A stretch of DNA of 64,000 nt from Lentimicrobiaceae bacterium (GCA_037446395.1 JBBIIP010000012.1:9633-73632), one strand, 5' to 3'. Counted from the first letter of the stretch, positions 47,606 to 58,569 are shown. Made by a program: numbers and translations. The notes: generated by a model not told the origin, from the letters alone.

Positions 47606-49632
47606 TCGGACAGGATTTTTTGAATTTCGCCCCGCTTGATCTTCCCGGCCTTAGTTTCGGGAAATTGATTTAGGTATTTTATTTCGCGGGGTTTTTCATG
47701 GTTGCTGATGAGTTGTTGGGCTTTCTCCAGTTGTGCAGAAATATCCATTACAGGAGTCCCCTCAATGACCAGTACTACTTTTTGGCCTAATTTTTTGTCG
47801 GGGCATCCCGTAACGATAAATCGTTGTGTAACAAAGCCTTCCAATTTTTTTTCAAGCTGCTCCGGTACGATTTTTATCCCACTAGAATTGATCACATTGT
47901 CAACCCGTCCCAGCCAATTAAATTGTCTTGTGTTGATCAACTCAACAAGATCGTTTGTTTTAACTTCCGGAGTATCGAGATGTGGGGCATGAATGATCAG
48001 GCAGCCTCTATGATCGAGTGAAAAATGTATTCCGGGCAAGGCATGAAAGTATTTGCTTTGTTCGGGGCCATTGATCGGTCGGAGGGCAACATGGGTCAGG
48101 GTTTCGGTCATGCCATAGGTTTCGTAAACTGCCCCCGGAATCTGCTGCAATGCATTTTCGAGAGCCCCATGGACTTGAGCGCCTCCAATAATTAGTTTTT
48201 TAATTGTTCGGAGCTTTTTCAGCGATTCATGATCTAACAGCGACTCCTGTGTTTGCATGGGAGTCATCGCAGCAAAATCAATAACAGTATTTTCAGCAAT
48301 CTGCCTCAGGGGGTTTGAGGATGGCTTTACGGTCAGCAGATTCATTTCTAGTTCCAACGCCCTGACAATCATCATCTTGCCGGCAACAAAATCAACCGGC
48401 AGGCAGAGCAAGGCGGTGTCTCCCTTTTTCAAGCCAAGTGCCTGACCGGTTATTTTTACTGAATCAATCATGGATTTGCGGCTTACAGAAATTTCTTTTG
48501 GAAGCCCGGTCGAGCCAGAGGTTTGCAGGATAAAAGTTTTTTGGCCACTTGTCCATGACTGTTTAAAAGCAACAACAGAATCATGTACTCCGCCCCTCTC
48601 CGGTGCTTTTTCGGGAAAGTACTTCAAGAAACCATTTTCTGCTTTCAGCCGCGAAGGCAGGTTGTTGGAAAATATTTTTCCAGTCCCCAATCCGTGATGC
48701 GTTGGATTGTTGCATATAAAGGTCCATTGTGCAATTGCATTTAACCCAATATTAGATTCAAGGGCGGAGGTGATCCACCAACCGACGTTTCTTTTTCCAG
48801 CCAGTTCAGTCCATTCCCGGCATTTTGAAAACCCGCCTAGCATCGAAGGTTTTAGAACCAGATATTGTGGTTTGATGGTTTCGAGCAACTGAATTTTATC
48901 CATGCCTGGCCCGACCGAAAATAGTTCTTCGTCTAAAGCGATCGGCACAGGTGATGCTGCGCACAAAGCAGCCATTTCATTCCAGTTTCCGGGTTTGATG
49001 GGTTGCTCAATCGAATGCAGGTTGAGTTCGGAGAGTGGTTTCAGTTTTTCTATTGCCTCCTTGGGATTGAAGGCCCCGTTCGCATCAAGGCGCAATTGAA
49101 TTGAGTTGCTTTTGAATTCTTTTCGCACCCGCTTAAGGAAATTCAACTCTTCTTGAAAATCCAATGCACCAATTTTAACTTTGATACATTCATACCCTTC
49201 GTCTATCCTTTCCCGAATTTGGGCAAACATGTTTTCTACTGAATCCATCCATATCAATCCATTAATGGGTATGCCAACAGAGCCCCGGGTAAATTCTGAA
49301 TCGAATAGTACTCCTTTCCCTTTATTCTCCAGGTCAATTCTTGCCATTTCGAGGCCAAACCGGATGGAGGGGAACCTGTCGAACCGCGGATCGGCCAGCG
49401 ACGAGAACTGCTGTGGAGCGTTGCAGGCGATTTTCAAGAATTCTTCGTATTGCAATTCGGGGTCTGGGCTAAGTCCCTGGATGAGGCTGCATTCGCCAAT
49501 GCCCTTAATTTCAGGGTTTTCGGAGTTGAACAAGGAGATAAACCAGGAAGTTTTCTGATGAAGAATGCCCCTTGAAGTGCCAGCAGGAGAGTTAAAATTC
49601 AGAATATATTTTTGAATAGTTGCCTTCAGCAT
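47578..49632 (-). CDS. menC-menE: Fusion protein: o-succinylbenzoate synthase (MenC, enolase superfamily) + o-succinylbenzoate-CoA ligase (MenE, ANL family)
   Basis: The N-terminal ~345 aa carry KVKIG, LRLDANG, SIEQP, LDEE and LKPS. The C-terminal ~335 aa carry TSGSTGLPKE, YETYGMTET and GKIKR. It is a single uninterrupted frame. ATG at 49632 is preferred over the TTG at 49647. Confidence 0.85.
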   Translation of the reverse strand: MLKATIQKYILNFNSPAGTSRGILHQKTSWFISLFNSENPEIKGIGECSLIQGLSPDPELQYEEFLKIACNAPQQFSSLADPRFDRFPSIRFGLEMARIDLENKGKGVLFDSEFTRGSVGIPINGLIWMDSVENMFAQIRERIDEGYECIKVKIGALDFQEELNFLKRVRKEFKSNSIQLRLDANGAFNPKEAIEKLKPLSELNLHSIEQPIKPGNWNEMAALCAASPVPIALDEELFSVGPGMDKIQLLETIKPQYLVLKPSMLGGFSKCREWTELAGKRNVGWWITSALESNIGLNAIAQWTFICNNPTHHGLGTGKIFSNNLPSRLKAENGFLKYFPEKAPERGGVHDSVVAFKQSWTSGQKTFILQTSGSTGLPKEISVSRKSMIDSVKITGQALGLKKGDTALLCLPVDFVAGKMMIVRALELEMNLLTVKPSSNPLRQIAENTVIDFAAMTPMQTQESLLDHESLKKLRTIKKLIIGGAQVHGALENALQQIPGAVYETYGMTETLTHVALRPINGPEQSKYFHALPGIHFSLDHRGCLIIHAPHLDTPEVKTNDLVELINTRQFNWLGRVDNVINSSGIKIVPEQLEKKLEGFVTQRFIVTGCPDKKLGQKVVLVIEGTPVMDISAQLEKAQQLISNHEKPREIKYLNQFPETKAGKIKRGEIQKILSDQNNSLNLL

Positions 49633-49650
49633 GGTTTGGGTTCGCAAAAA

Positions 49651-50559
49651 TCAAAGTAACAGGCTTAGGCCGAAAACAATTGAAAAAAGCAGCGTAGTGA
49701 GGGCAAGGCGTTTCAAGTAAGGGTCGAGTTCTGCGGGGATTGTATTGTGAAAAACACCATATACATTCATCCAGAAAAAAGGAACAGTAATCAGAAAAAA
49801 CATCTGAAGAGGCGAATGATAATTAAGGAGCATATAAGTCAACCCGAGAACGATTGAACTGGTTATTAAAACCAGGTGATATATTCTTGCTGCGCCAATG
49901 CCCCATCTTACCACAAGGGTACGTTTTCCGCTTTGTGCATCGTTTTTGTGATCGCGCATGTTGTTCAGATTGAGTACGGCCACACTCAGGAATCCTAATG
50001 CTGCTGCAGGTAAAAATACATCTGGAGCAAGGTGGTTGGTAATCAAAAAGTAGGTTCCCATAACTCCGGCCAGGCCAAAAAATATGAACACAAATAAATC
50101 CCCAAAACCAGCGTATCCATAAGGTTTTTTACCGATGGTGTATGTAATGGCCGAAATAATAGCAAGCAAGCCCAACACAAGAAATAACAGTTTTGAGATT
50201 AATCCAATTTCACGAGTTCCGAAATAAACCAATGGAATGCCTGATGCCAGTGCCATCAAGGCCACAACAATCACTCCGTGTTTCATGGCAAGCGCACTGA
50301 TTTTTCCACTTTGCACCGCACGTTTAGGGCCTAAACGATTTTCGTTGTCCGCTCCATGTGTTGAGTCACCCAGATCGTTGGCCAGATTCGAAAGCACCTG
50401 CAGAAAAAGCGTGGTTGACAAGGCGAGCCCCACCACCAACCAGTTTTGGTAGCCGTTGAAATAGGCCAGGAATGCCCCTAGCAAAACCGAAGAAAAGGCA
50501 AGCGGCAGCGTTCGAAGCCTTAGGGCTGTGATCCAATATCTTAGCTTTGTTGTTGTCAA
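49651..50559 (-). CDS. menA: 1,4-dihydroxy-2-naphthoate polyprenyltransferase
   Basis: 302 aa with 8-9 TM helices. UbiA-family motif NDLGDSTHGADN. Confidence 0.92.
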   Translation of the reverse strand: MTTTKLRYWITALRLRTLPLAFSSVLLGAFLAYFNGYQNWLVVGLALSTTLFLQVLSNLANDLGDSTHGADNENRLGPKRAVQSGKISALAMKHGVIVVALMALASGIPLVYFGTREIGLISKLLFLVLGLLAIISAITYTIGKKPYGYAGFGDLFVFIFFGLAGVMGTYFLITNHLAPDVFLPAAALGFLSVAVLNLNNMRDHKNDAQSGKRTLVVRWGIGAARIYHLVLITSSIVLGLTYMLLNYHSPLQMFFLITVPFFWMNVYGVFHNTIPAELDPYLKRLALTTLLFSIVFGLSLLL

Positions 50560-50570
50560 CGATTCGGTGA

Positions 50571-51395
50571 TTAGGGAAATTTTGGATATTTCTGAAAGTC
50601 GGGGTCGCGTTTTTCAAGAAACGCCCTTTTCCCTTCCTGGGCTTCGTCGGTGAGGTAGTAAAGCAGGGTGGCATTTCCGGCCAGTTCCTGCAATCCGGCC
50701 TGGCCATCGAGTTCGGCATTCATGCATACCTTTAGCATGCGAATGGCAAGCGGGCTTCTTTTCATAATCGTCTTACACCAATCCACCACTTCATCCTCGA
50801 GTTGGTCAAAGGGAACAACCTTGTTTACAAGCCCCATCTCCAAAGCTTCCCGGGCAGAGTATTGACGGCAGAGGAACCATATTTCGCGTGCTTTCTTCTG
50901 GCCGACTATGCGAGCCAGGTATGAAGAACCAAATCCTCCATCAAAACTTCCCACTTTGGGTCCGGTTTGTCCGAAAATTGCATTCTCAGATGCAATGGTC
51001 AGGTCGCAAACCACATGCAGAACATGGCCGCCCCCGATAGCAAACCCATTCACCATGGCGATAACCGGTTTGGGCAGGGAGCGTATCATTTTTTGCAAAT
51101 CCAATACATTAAGGCGTGGAATACCATCTTTCCCAACATACCCACCCAGGGTTTTGATATTTTGATCTCCTCCGCTGCAAAATGCCTTATCGCCTGCCCC
51201 TGTGATGACTACAACTCCAATATCATTATTCTCGCGGCAAATACGCATGGCATCTATCATTTCCTGAATGGTGTCGGGGGTAAATGCATTTCGGTAGCGT
51301 GGCCGGTTGATTGTGATCCGGGCTATGCCTTCGAAAAAATCGAACATGATTTCTTCGTATTCTTTTAGTTTAATCCAATTGCGTTCGGTTTTCAT
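50571..51395 (-). CDS. menB: 1,4-dihydroxy-2-naphthoyl-CoA synthase
   Basis: 274 aa crotonase fold. Motifs FCSGGDQ and [16 protein letters not shown]. Confidence 0.95.
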   Translation of the reverse strand: MKTERNWIKLKEYEEIMFDFFEGIARITINRPRYRNAFTPDTIQEMIDAMRICRENNDIGVVVITGAGDKAFCSGGDQNIKTLGGYVGKDGIPRLNVLDLQKMIRSLPKPVIAMVNGFAIGGGHVLHVVCDLTIASENAIFGQTGPKVGSFDGGFGSSYLARIVGQKKAREIWFLCRQYSAREALEMGLVNKVVPFDQLEDEVVDWCKTIMKRSPLAIRMLKVCMNAELDGQAGLQELAGNATLLYYLTDEAQEGKRAFLEKRDPDFQKYPKFP

Positions 51396-53080
51396 AATTG
51401 TAGCGATTGAAAATATTTCTTTAACACCTCTGCGCTTAGTTTGTTTGATGTCTTGATTTCAAGGATGGCTGGTCGTGGCATTTTCAGATCGAGAAATAAA
51501 GGAAGGCTGGTTAACAGACCGGCTTCGTCCGAAGCCCTGTAAAAATCGAGGCCAAACATTTTGGCAAGGTGGTGGATGTCGGGGACAAATGGGGTTTCGA
51601 TGAAAGTTTCGAACCCTGGGATAGTGCTGGGCCCGTCAATAATCCGAAAAATATTGCCTCCATTGTTGTTCAAAACAACTATTCGAAGGTTGTGCGTCAG
51701 GTTGGTATTCCACAAGGCATTTGAATCGTAGAGAAACGAAATATCGCCCGCAAAAAGCACGGTTAGGGATGGATTGGCAAATGCCGCCCCGACCGCTGTT
51801 GATACTACGCCATCTATCCCGCTCACCCCGCGGTTTCCATAACAGGTGCTGCCTTTGGGCAAATCGAATAGCTGCAGGTAGCGTACTGGGGTACTGTTGC
51901 CTGCCTGAATCATGCAATTTTTGGGCAAACGAGCAAGGATGGTATCAAATGCCTTCAGGTCGCTCCAGGGGCAATTTTGCATAAAGAGTGCATGCTTTGA
52001 ATGTTTAAGTTTTGCCAAACTCCGCCAATTACTGCGATAATCGCTCACGCCCTGGGTAGCAAAGCGGCCAAACTCCCTGAAAAAATCTTTTGGCTGCATG
52101 CCAATACTCAAGGTCAGGTTTCTGAAAGTATCCATGTGCTCCAAGCCAGCAGCAATATGCCAGTGCATTTGTGGCTTGCATTGCTGTAGCCAGGCTTTGA
52201 CTTTGCGCGATACAATATGTCCTCCTGTGGTAAGAAGAATCTCTGGGGTTAAAACACATCCCTTATGTTTTCCAAGTCCCTCGATTAGTTGGTCTATGTG
52301 TTCAAATAAAAATTCTCCAGAGAGGTTGGAGGTTGTTTCGGTAAATATAGCTATCGAAGGATCCACGGCCAGTTGACAAAAAAGTTTATTTAGTTCAGCA
52401 TCGGGGGGATGCAGTCCGATTATGATGAGTTTTGATTTGCTCTTATTCCAAATTTCGGCAAGTCTTCGCATGTCTGTTTGAGCAGCAAATGTTCTAACTG
52501 GCAATTGCTCCATTAGGGGCGGCGGGGGGCAGGTTTCAGCGATTTCTTCATATAAGGGTTCGCTCAGGGGTATGTTTATATGTACCGGCCCCAACACCGG
52601 ATACATACTTGAATCAATGGCTTCGTTTATTAGTCGTGCGTTATAGCGCACAATCGGGTCATCCATTATTCCGGCCGGCAACTGCACACTTTTTCGTATG
52701 AATTTGGCATACAAATTACTTTGCAGAATGCTTTGCCCATCGCCCTGATTTATCCATTCGGGCGGGCGGTCGGCTGTAATCACAATCAATGGAACTTGCT
52801 GATAATAGGCCTCGGCAATTGCAGGGGCATAATTCAATGCTGCGCTCCCCGAAGTGCAGGATAAAACAACAGGTTGTCGTGTTTGCTGTGCAATGCCCAA
52901 TGCAAAAAAAGCAGCCGACCGCTCATCTATCACACTCAAGCATTTAAGCTCTGCTTTTCGATTGAAAGCGGCAATCACTGGCGCATTGCGCGAACCCGGC
53001 GATAGCACAGCCGTTTTGATTCCTTTAAGCACCAATAACTCGGCAAGATGACTGAGTAGTTGTTTTCCGGTATATGCCAT
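51392..53080 (-). CDS. menD: 2-succinyl-5-enolpyruvyl-6-hydroxy-3-cyclohexene-1-carboxylate (SEPHCHC) synthase
   Basis: 562 aa. ThDP motif [10 protein letters not shown]...VVLNNNGG. 4-nt overlap with menB. Confidence 0.93.
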   Translation of the reverse strand: MAYTGKQLLSHLAELLVLKGIKTAVLSPGSRNAPVIAAFNRKAELKCLSVIDERSAAFFALGIAQQTRQPVVLSCTSGSAALNYAPAIAEAYYQQVPLIVITADRPPEWINQGDGQSILQSNLYAKFIRKSVQLPAGIMDDPIVRYNARLINEAIDSSMYPVLGPVHINIPLSEPLYEEIAETCPPPPLMEQLPVRTFAAQTDMRRLAEIWNKSKSKLIIIGLHPPDAELNKLFCQLAVDPSIAIFTETTSNLSGEFLFEHIDQLIEGLGKHKGCVLTPEILLTTGGHIVSRKVKAWLQQCKPQMHWHIAAGLEHMDTFRNLTLSIGMQPKDFFREFGRFATQGVSDYRSNWRSLAKLKHSKHALFMQNCPWSDLKAFDTILARLPKNCMIQAGNSTPVRYLQLFDLPKGSTCYGNRGVSGIDGVVSTAVGAAFANPSLTVLFAGDISFLYDSNALWNTNLTHNLRIVVLNNNGGNIFRIIDGPSTIPGFETFIETPFVPDIHHLAKMFGLDFYRASDEAGLLTSLPLFLDLKMPRPAILEIKTSNKLSAEVLKKYFQSLQL

Positions 53081-53090
53081 TACCTGGGAT

Positions 53091-54194
53091 TTAGCTTGCT
53101 AAGTTCCGGTTTTTTTCGATAACAGACAAGAGAATGCGTGATTTCAATGATGTTTCTTCCCATTCTTTTTCGGCAACAGAATCGCGAGTAATACCGCCAC
53201 CAGTGTAAATTACCAGTTGTGACGGCGTTATTTTCATACACCGCAGGTTCACAAAAAGCTGGGTGCGATTATCCGTGTTTATGGGGCCAAGAAAACCTGT
53301 ATAATATTCCCGGGGGTGTTCTTCGATATGATGAATCAGTTGCTTTGCACGATCTCTTGGCAGGCCGCATACTGCAGGGGTTGGATGTAAATCGCCGAGC
53401 AGGGATGCCATCCGTGGCTCTTTCATTTGAAATTCAAAAGTAGTGCAGAGGTGTTCGAGCATGCCAGCTTTCATGGTTGAGGGGCCAAGGCTTTTTAGAT
53501 TTTGAACTTCATGGTTTTGAAGTATGTTTTCGATAAACCGGCTTACGATAGCCTGCTCCTCAATTTCCTTGGTGCCCCAATTTAGTGTTCCCTCGGTTCT
53601 GGTGCCGGCCAAAGCCATGGTGCGATAGCGGTTGCCATTGCAATCTATCAGTGTTTCGGGTGTAGCTCCAAGCCAGGTGCCATAAGGCGGCAGATGGGCC
53701 AGGTAAGTAAAAGCCAGTGGTTGGTCTTTTTCCAGCGAAGAATAAACCCGTAAAACCGCATCGTTTGCGCAACGATCGAGGATTACCGTACGGGAAATCA
53801 CTACTTTTTCAGCTTCTGCAGATGATAGACGATTGATTAGTTTATGAACTCCGTTGAGATAGTTTGCTCTTTTCGTTTCATTTGTTGATTCGTAGCCGGG
53901 CAAATAGGATAACGGGATTGAAGAGAAATCCAGCTGTTCTTCAGACCAGGAATCCGGATGCAAAATCAAGTCGGGATCAAGAAAAATGAGCGGGGTGTTT
54001 TTGTTTAATTCATAAGGATGAAACAAGAAACCTTTGCTGTTAATAACGGTATCTATGTTTTTGACCTTTCTAAGCCTGGACTCTTTCTGAAGCCAAACTT
54101 GGGCCTGCTGTCCAGGAACGCGAAACAATACAAAGGGTTGGCCGGTTCCAAGAAGCAATGAGATTTGTCCTAAAAAATCGCCTCGGTGAATCAT
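53091..54194 (-). CDS. menF: Isochorismate synthase
   Basis: 367 aa. Chorismate-binding motifs LHPTPAVCGLP, YTGFLGPI and GGGI. Confidence 0.88.
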   Translation of the reverse strand: MIHRGDFLGQISLLLGTGQPFVLFRVPGQQAQVWLQKESRLRKVKNIDTVINSKGFLFHPYELNKNTPLIFLDPDLILHPDSWSEEQLDFSSIPLSYLPGYESTNETKRANYLNGVHKLINRLSSAEAEKVVISRTVILDRCANDAVLRVYSSLEKDQPLAFTYLAHLPPYGTWLGATPETLIDCNGNRYRTMALAGTRTEGTLNWGTKEIEEQAIVSRFIENILQNHEVQNLKSLGPSTMKAGMLEHLCTTFEFQMKEPRMASLLGDLHPTPAVCGLPRDRAKQLIHHIEEHPREYYTGFLGPINTDNRTQLFVNLRCMKITPSQLVIYTGGGITRDSVAEKEWEETSLKSRILLSVIEKNRNLAS

Positions 54195-54197
54195 TCA

Positions 54198-54614
54198 TTA
54201 TTCTTTGTCAATCACCATCACTGTAAGCCTGGAAAGGCATATCAGTCTCTTTTTTTCGTCGGTAATTTTAATTTCCCACACATGTATTTTTCGTGAGTTT
54301 GCCACCAATGTAGCTTTTCCGAAGACAACCCCCTCGCGAACCTTGCGTAGGTGGTTTGCATTGATCTCAATTCCAATGATTGTTTGTGTGTCGCTGTTTA
54401 TCAATAATACAGAGCCAACACTACCGAGCGATTCGGCAAGGGCAGCGCTGGCCCCCCCATGCAAGAGGCCTGCCGGTTGACGGGTTCGCTCATCAACAGG
54501 CATGCGGGCGCACAAATAATTGCTGCCCAGTTCTGTATATTCAATCCCCAGGGCTTGCATTAGTGTTCCCCGGTTAATTTCGTTTAATTGTTTGATATCT
54601 ACTTGCTTTATCAT
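54198..54614 (-). CDS. menI: Hotdog-fold (PaaI/YbdB-type) thioesterase, probable DHNA-CoA thioesterase
   Basis: 138 aa. Motif LLHGGASAALAESLGS. It is the first gene of the men operon, so the functional assignment is by context. Confidence 0.7.
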   Translation of the reverse strand: MIKQVDIKQLNEINRGTLMQALGIEYTELGSNYLCARMPVDERTRQPAGLLHGGASAALAESLGSVGSVLLINSDTQTIIGIEINANHLRKVREGVVFGKATLVANSRKIHVWEIKITDEKKRLICLSRLTVMVIDKE

Positions 54615-54710
54615 TTTTGTGAATTTTTATCCAAACATCAATCGCGTAAGTGTCCAGTATCTTTAGGTTAGTGCTGTTACAGTGAAGTTAATTATTACAT
54701 TTTCAGCCCA

Positions 54711-56327
54711 TTACAATTTATTCTTTTTAGATTTCAGTTTGAGCATAACTGTGATCAAAAACATCAGCACTGCACCAAATACTGAAGCACGTGCAATATA
54801 ATCTCCATATCTTACATAAAAGGTATGGCCAGTATTTGCATAGATTTTCTGTCGAATGGCATCCGGCTGCCAGTACGAAGTGGCTTGTTGAATATCGCCC
54901 CGCTGGTTTACAAAACAAGAGATGCCTGTATTGGCTGAGCGGGCGATGGCGCGCCGCATTTCGATCGCACGGATCGAAGAGAACAAAAGATGCTGCCTGT
55001 GGCCTGGTGTGTTTTTCCACCATCCGTCGTTGGTGATTACAAAAATCAGGTTGGCTCCATTGCGTACAAATCCGGCCATAAATTCGCCATACGCGGACTC
55101 ATAACAAATAGCAGTTCCGATTTTTAGACCATCTGCCAATGAAAATGGAGTACGTACTGGGTCAATTCCCAGGCTTCCGACTGTTCCTCCCAAATCAATG
55201 GCCAACTTCTCGATAAATTTAACATAACGAACGAGCGGCATAACTTCTACACCGGGTGTAAGTTTTGATTTGTGATATACCTGAAAGTGTTGAGAGGTAT
55301 CAATAATCAGGGCTGTGTTATATGCATTATAATGCAGGTCGGTGCCGGGATATTTACGTGCTGATGGTGGAAGTTGCTGAGCAGGATCAAGCATTTTGCG
55401 CGAGGAAAGGCCGATAATCAGGCTGGCACCCGGATAATTGCTAAGGTTTTCTCTGAATCGTGATACACTGGGAGCATAATTCAGGTGGTCTTCCCACACA
55501 TATTCCTGTATCGCGCTCTCGGGACACACGATGAATCGGACACTGTCGTCAATTTCTTTTAAGGCCAGATTCCATACCCGATCGGCAACCTCGAGGGGCG
55601 GCAGCTCATATTGCTCGGCATATGGATCGAGATTTGGCTGAACCACCACAACATCAACCGGCTTTCCCCTGGGCACTTCCCAATTTTTATACATTACCAG
55701 GGAGGCTGATAACGGAACAACAATAACCAAGGTAAGGGTAGTGATATAGGAAAAAATATTCTTCTTTGATTTTTTTTCCTTTACGGATTTAATTAATTGA
55801 AAAACCAAAATATTAACAACCAGTATCCAGAGAGTTCCTCCAAACATTCCCGTAAATTCGTACCATTGAATCCATTTGTTCCATGCTGCAAATCCATTTC
55901 CAAGGCTCAGCCACGGCCAGTTGAGGTCCCAATGGTGATGAATCAACTCGAAAGTAATCCAATAAAAGATAAGCGTCAAATAGCCTTGTGTTTGTCGGGG
56001 AAACTGCCTTTTGCCAAGATGAAACAACCCAAAAAAGAAGGTCATAAATACGGAGTTGAGCACAATGGCCAAAGCAGCTCCTACAGCTGTTGAATTTACA
56101 ATCCACCATGTGGTTAGAAGGTTCCAAACAAAGAATGCGGGTAGCACATATGCCATGATGGCAAACACGGAAGAGGAATTTTTTCTCTTATTAAAATACT
56201 CTTCAATAAATAGTAATGGCACAAAGGCCACAAATAATAAAACCGGAACACCGTGCATGGGCCAGGAAAGGCTCAGGAGAAGCCCACTTAGCAAGGACAT
56301 CAGAACCAGATGAGTCCGTTTCATCAT
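54711..56327 (-). CDS. lnt: Apolipoprotein N-acyltransferase
   Basis: 538 aa with about 7 N-terminal TM helices and a nitrilase-fold domain. Motifs CPESA, HKSKLTPGVE and ICYES. Confidence 0.88.
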   Translation of the reverse strand: MMKRTHLVLMSLLSGLLLSLSWPMHGVPVLLFVAFVPLLFIEEYFNKRKNSSSVFAIMAYVLPAFFVWNLLTTWWIVNSTAVGAALAIVLNSVFMTFFFGLFHLGKRQFPRQTQGYLTLIFYWITFELIHHHWDLNWPWLSLGNGFAAWNKWIQWYEFTGMFGGTLWILVVNILVFQLIKSVKEKKSKKNIFSYITTLTLVIVVPLSASLVMYKNWEVPRGKPVDVVVVQPNLDPYAEQYELPPLEVADRVWNLALKEIDDSVRFIVCPESAIQEYVWEDHLNYAPSVSRFRENLSNYPGASLIIGLSSRKMLDPAQQLPPSARKYPGTDLHYNAYNTALIIDTSQHFQVYHKSKLTPGVEVMPLVRYVKFIEKLAIDLGGTVGSLGIDPVRTPFSLADGLKIGTAICYESAYGEFMAGFVRNGANLIFVITNDGWWKNTPGHRQHLLFSSIRAIEMRRAIARSANTGISCFVNQRGDIQQATSYWQPDAIRQKIYANTGHTFYVRYGDYIARASVFGAVLMFLITVMLKLKSKKNKL

Positions 56328-56364
56328 TTTCCTTTTTGGTTATTTAGAACACGGTGGGCAAGGT

Positions 56365-57552
56365 TCAATAAAGGTATTTTTCATAAGGGTATCTTTTGCT
56401 GTGTATCGCTTTCACGTTGTAATAGATCACATCCAGCAGCTCGGTCAAATTTGTTTTTTGTGTGGCAGAAATAAAAACGGCAGGAGCATTACTGCGCGCC
56501 ACCCAATGTTTTTTCAGGGAGTCTATGTCGCGAAAGACAATGCCTTCTGGTGCAGCATCAAACGGTGCTGCGGGAGGCAAAGCATCTATTTTATTGAAAA
56601 CCATCAATACAATTTTATCTCCTGCTTTTATTTCGGCAAGGGTTTGGTTCACAACATCAATTTGTTCCTCAAAACCCGCATGAGAGATGTCTACTACATG
56701 CACCAAAATATCCGATTCTCGCACCTCGTCGAGTGTTGACTTGAATGAGTCTATGAGTGAGTGTGGCAATTTTCGAATGAAACCGACTGTGTCGGAAAGA
56801 AGAAACGGCAGGTTTCCGATCACCACCTTGCGCACTGTAGTATCGAGTGTGGCAAATAGTTTGTTTTCTGAAAACACTTCTGATTTGCTCAGTGTGTTCA
56901 TGAGTGTTGATTTCCCGACATTTGTATAGCCTATTAAAGCCACTCTGACCATTTGGCCACGATTACTCCGTTGTGTAATTTTTTGCTTATCTATTTCGGT
57001 GAGCTTTTCTTTTAGCAGGTTTATTTTATCGCGGATGATGCGGCGGTCGGTTTCGATTTCTTTTTCTCCGGGTCCCCGCATTCCAATACCTCCTCGTTGC
57101 TTGCTTAAGTGGGTCCACATACGCGTGAGCCGCGGCAGCAGGTATTGATATTGTGCCAGTTCAACCTGGGTGCGGGCAGTTGCAGTGCGAGCCCGGCGGG
57201 CAAAGATGTCGAGGATCAGGTTGTTTCTGTCAAGCACTTTGCACTGCAGGGCTTCCTGTATGTTTCTGATTTGGATAGCACTGAGTTCATCGTCGAAAAC
57301 TACTGTATCAATCCCCTCTATGTGTACATATTTTGCAATCTCTTCTAATTTTCCTGTGCCGACGAATGTTCGGGAATTGGGTTTATCGACCCGTTGCACA
57401 AAACGGCGTAACACTTCTCCTCCTGCCGTATCAACCAGAAAATCCAGTTCATCGAGAAATTCTTTGATTCTTTTCTCACTCTGACTGCCAGTAATCAATC
57501 CCACAAGAACTACTTTCTCGACAGAATTTTTAGTGTCTATAAGCTCAAACAT
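56365..57552 (-). CDS. hflX: GTPase HflX
   Basis: 395 aa. HflX N-domain followed by G motifs GYTNVGKST, DTVGF and NKID. Confidence 0.94.
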   Translation of the reverse strand: MFELIDTKNSVEKVVLVGLITGSQSEKRIKEFLDELDFLVDTAGGEVLRRFVQRVDKPNSRTFVGTGKLEEIAKYVHIEGIDTVVFDDELSAIQIRNIQEALQCKVLDRNNLILDIFARRARTATARTQVELAQYQYLLPRLTRMWTHLSKQRGGIGMRGPGEKEIETDRRIIRDKINLLKEKLTEIDKQKITQRSNRGQMVRVALIGYTNVGKSTLMNTLSKSEVFSENKLFATLDTTVRKVVIGNLPFLLSDTVGFIRKLPHSLIDSFKSTLDEVRESDILVHVVDISHAGFEEQIDVVNQTLAEIKAGDKIVLMVFNKIDALPPAAPFDAAPEGIVFRDIDSLKKHWVARSNAPAVFISATQKTNLTELLDVIYYNVKAIHSKRYPYEKYLY

Positions 57553-57562
57553 CAGAAAGTTA

Positions 57563-58549
57563 TTACTTATTGAAGATCATCACTGCCGTTTCGCCAAGGC
57601 TATTCACAAAGCCCCTGTACATACCCGATGTATTATATGGCATGGCGATGTTTCCGTCTTTGTCAACACAAATTACCCCTCCATTGCCTTTTTGTTTCAC
57701 AAGTTTATCCATCACAACCGAGTGCGATGCATCATAAAGACTCATGCTTTTGTAAAGCATCAGCGCCGAGATGTCGTAGCTGACAACATTGCGGATAAAA
57801 AATTCTCCATGACCGGTAGCTGAAACAGCACAGGTTTGATTGTTTGCATAGGTTCCGGCTCCAATGACAGGCACGTCTCCTACCCTGCCAAATTTTTTCA
57901 TTACCATTCCTCCGGTCGAAGTTCCTGCGGCCAGGTTGCCTTTCTTATCGAGAGCAACCGCACCAACAGTACCTTTTCGACCGCTATCATCGTTTTGCTT
58001 TTTAATGCGCAAGTACTCATTCCAGCTTTTGTCGGTACGAAAATAACCCGGATCAACAATTTCGAGCCCCTGCTGCTGGGCAAACTTTTCAGCTCCCCGA
58101 CTTATCAACAACACATGTGGAGATTTTTCCATTACGGTACGGGCGGCTGTAATCGGGTTTTTGATGATGTGGACACCGGCCACAGCTCCTGCATTAAGTG
58201 TGCTGCCATCCATGATTGAAGCATCGAGTTCGATCTGGCCATCGGCATTAAAAACTGCACCTTTGCCTGCATTGAATACAGGGCAATCTTCGAGAGCACG
58301 AACGGCTGCTTCAACGGCATCGAGTGCTGTTCCATTGTTTTTGAGGACAGCTTCGCCGGCATCTAAAGCCATTTGCAAACCCCGGTGTGCTTCCGTGATT
58401 TGTTCAGGGGTCATTTTGCTTTCCTGCATATTGCCCGCTCCTCCATGGATCACCAGCACGTAGTCAGGTTTTTGGGCATTAGCCATAGTGCTTGCCAGGG
58501 TAATCACACAAGCCGAAAAGATAAACACTAAATACCTCAGTCTTTTCAT
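57563..58549 (-). CDS. iaaA: Exported isoaspartyl peptidase / L-asparaginase (Ntn hydrolase, asparaginase 2 family)
   Basis: 328 aa. Signal peptide ...TMANAQ and autoprocessing site GTVGAVALD. Confidence 0.9.
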   Translation of the reverse strand: MKRLRYLVFIFSACVITLASTMANAQKPDYVLVIHGGAGNMQESKMTPEQITEAHRGLQMALDAGEAVLKNNGTALDAVEAAVRALEDCPVFNAGKGAVFNADGQIELDASIMDGSTLNAGAVAGVHIIKNPITAARTVMEKSPHVLLISRGAEKFAQQQGLEIVDPGYFRTDKSWNEYLRIKKQNDDSGRKGTVGAVALDKKGNLAAGTSTGGMVMKKFGRVGDVPVIGAGTYANNQTCAVSATGHGEFFIRNVVSYDISALMLYKSMSLYDASHSVVMDKLVKQKGNGGVICVDKDGNIAMPYNTSGMYRGFVNSLGETAVMIFNK

Positions 58550-58569
58550 ATATAAACAGATTAAATGAA

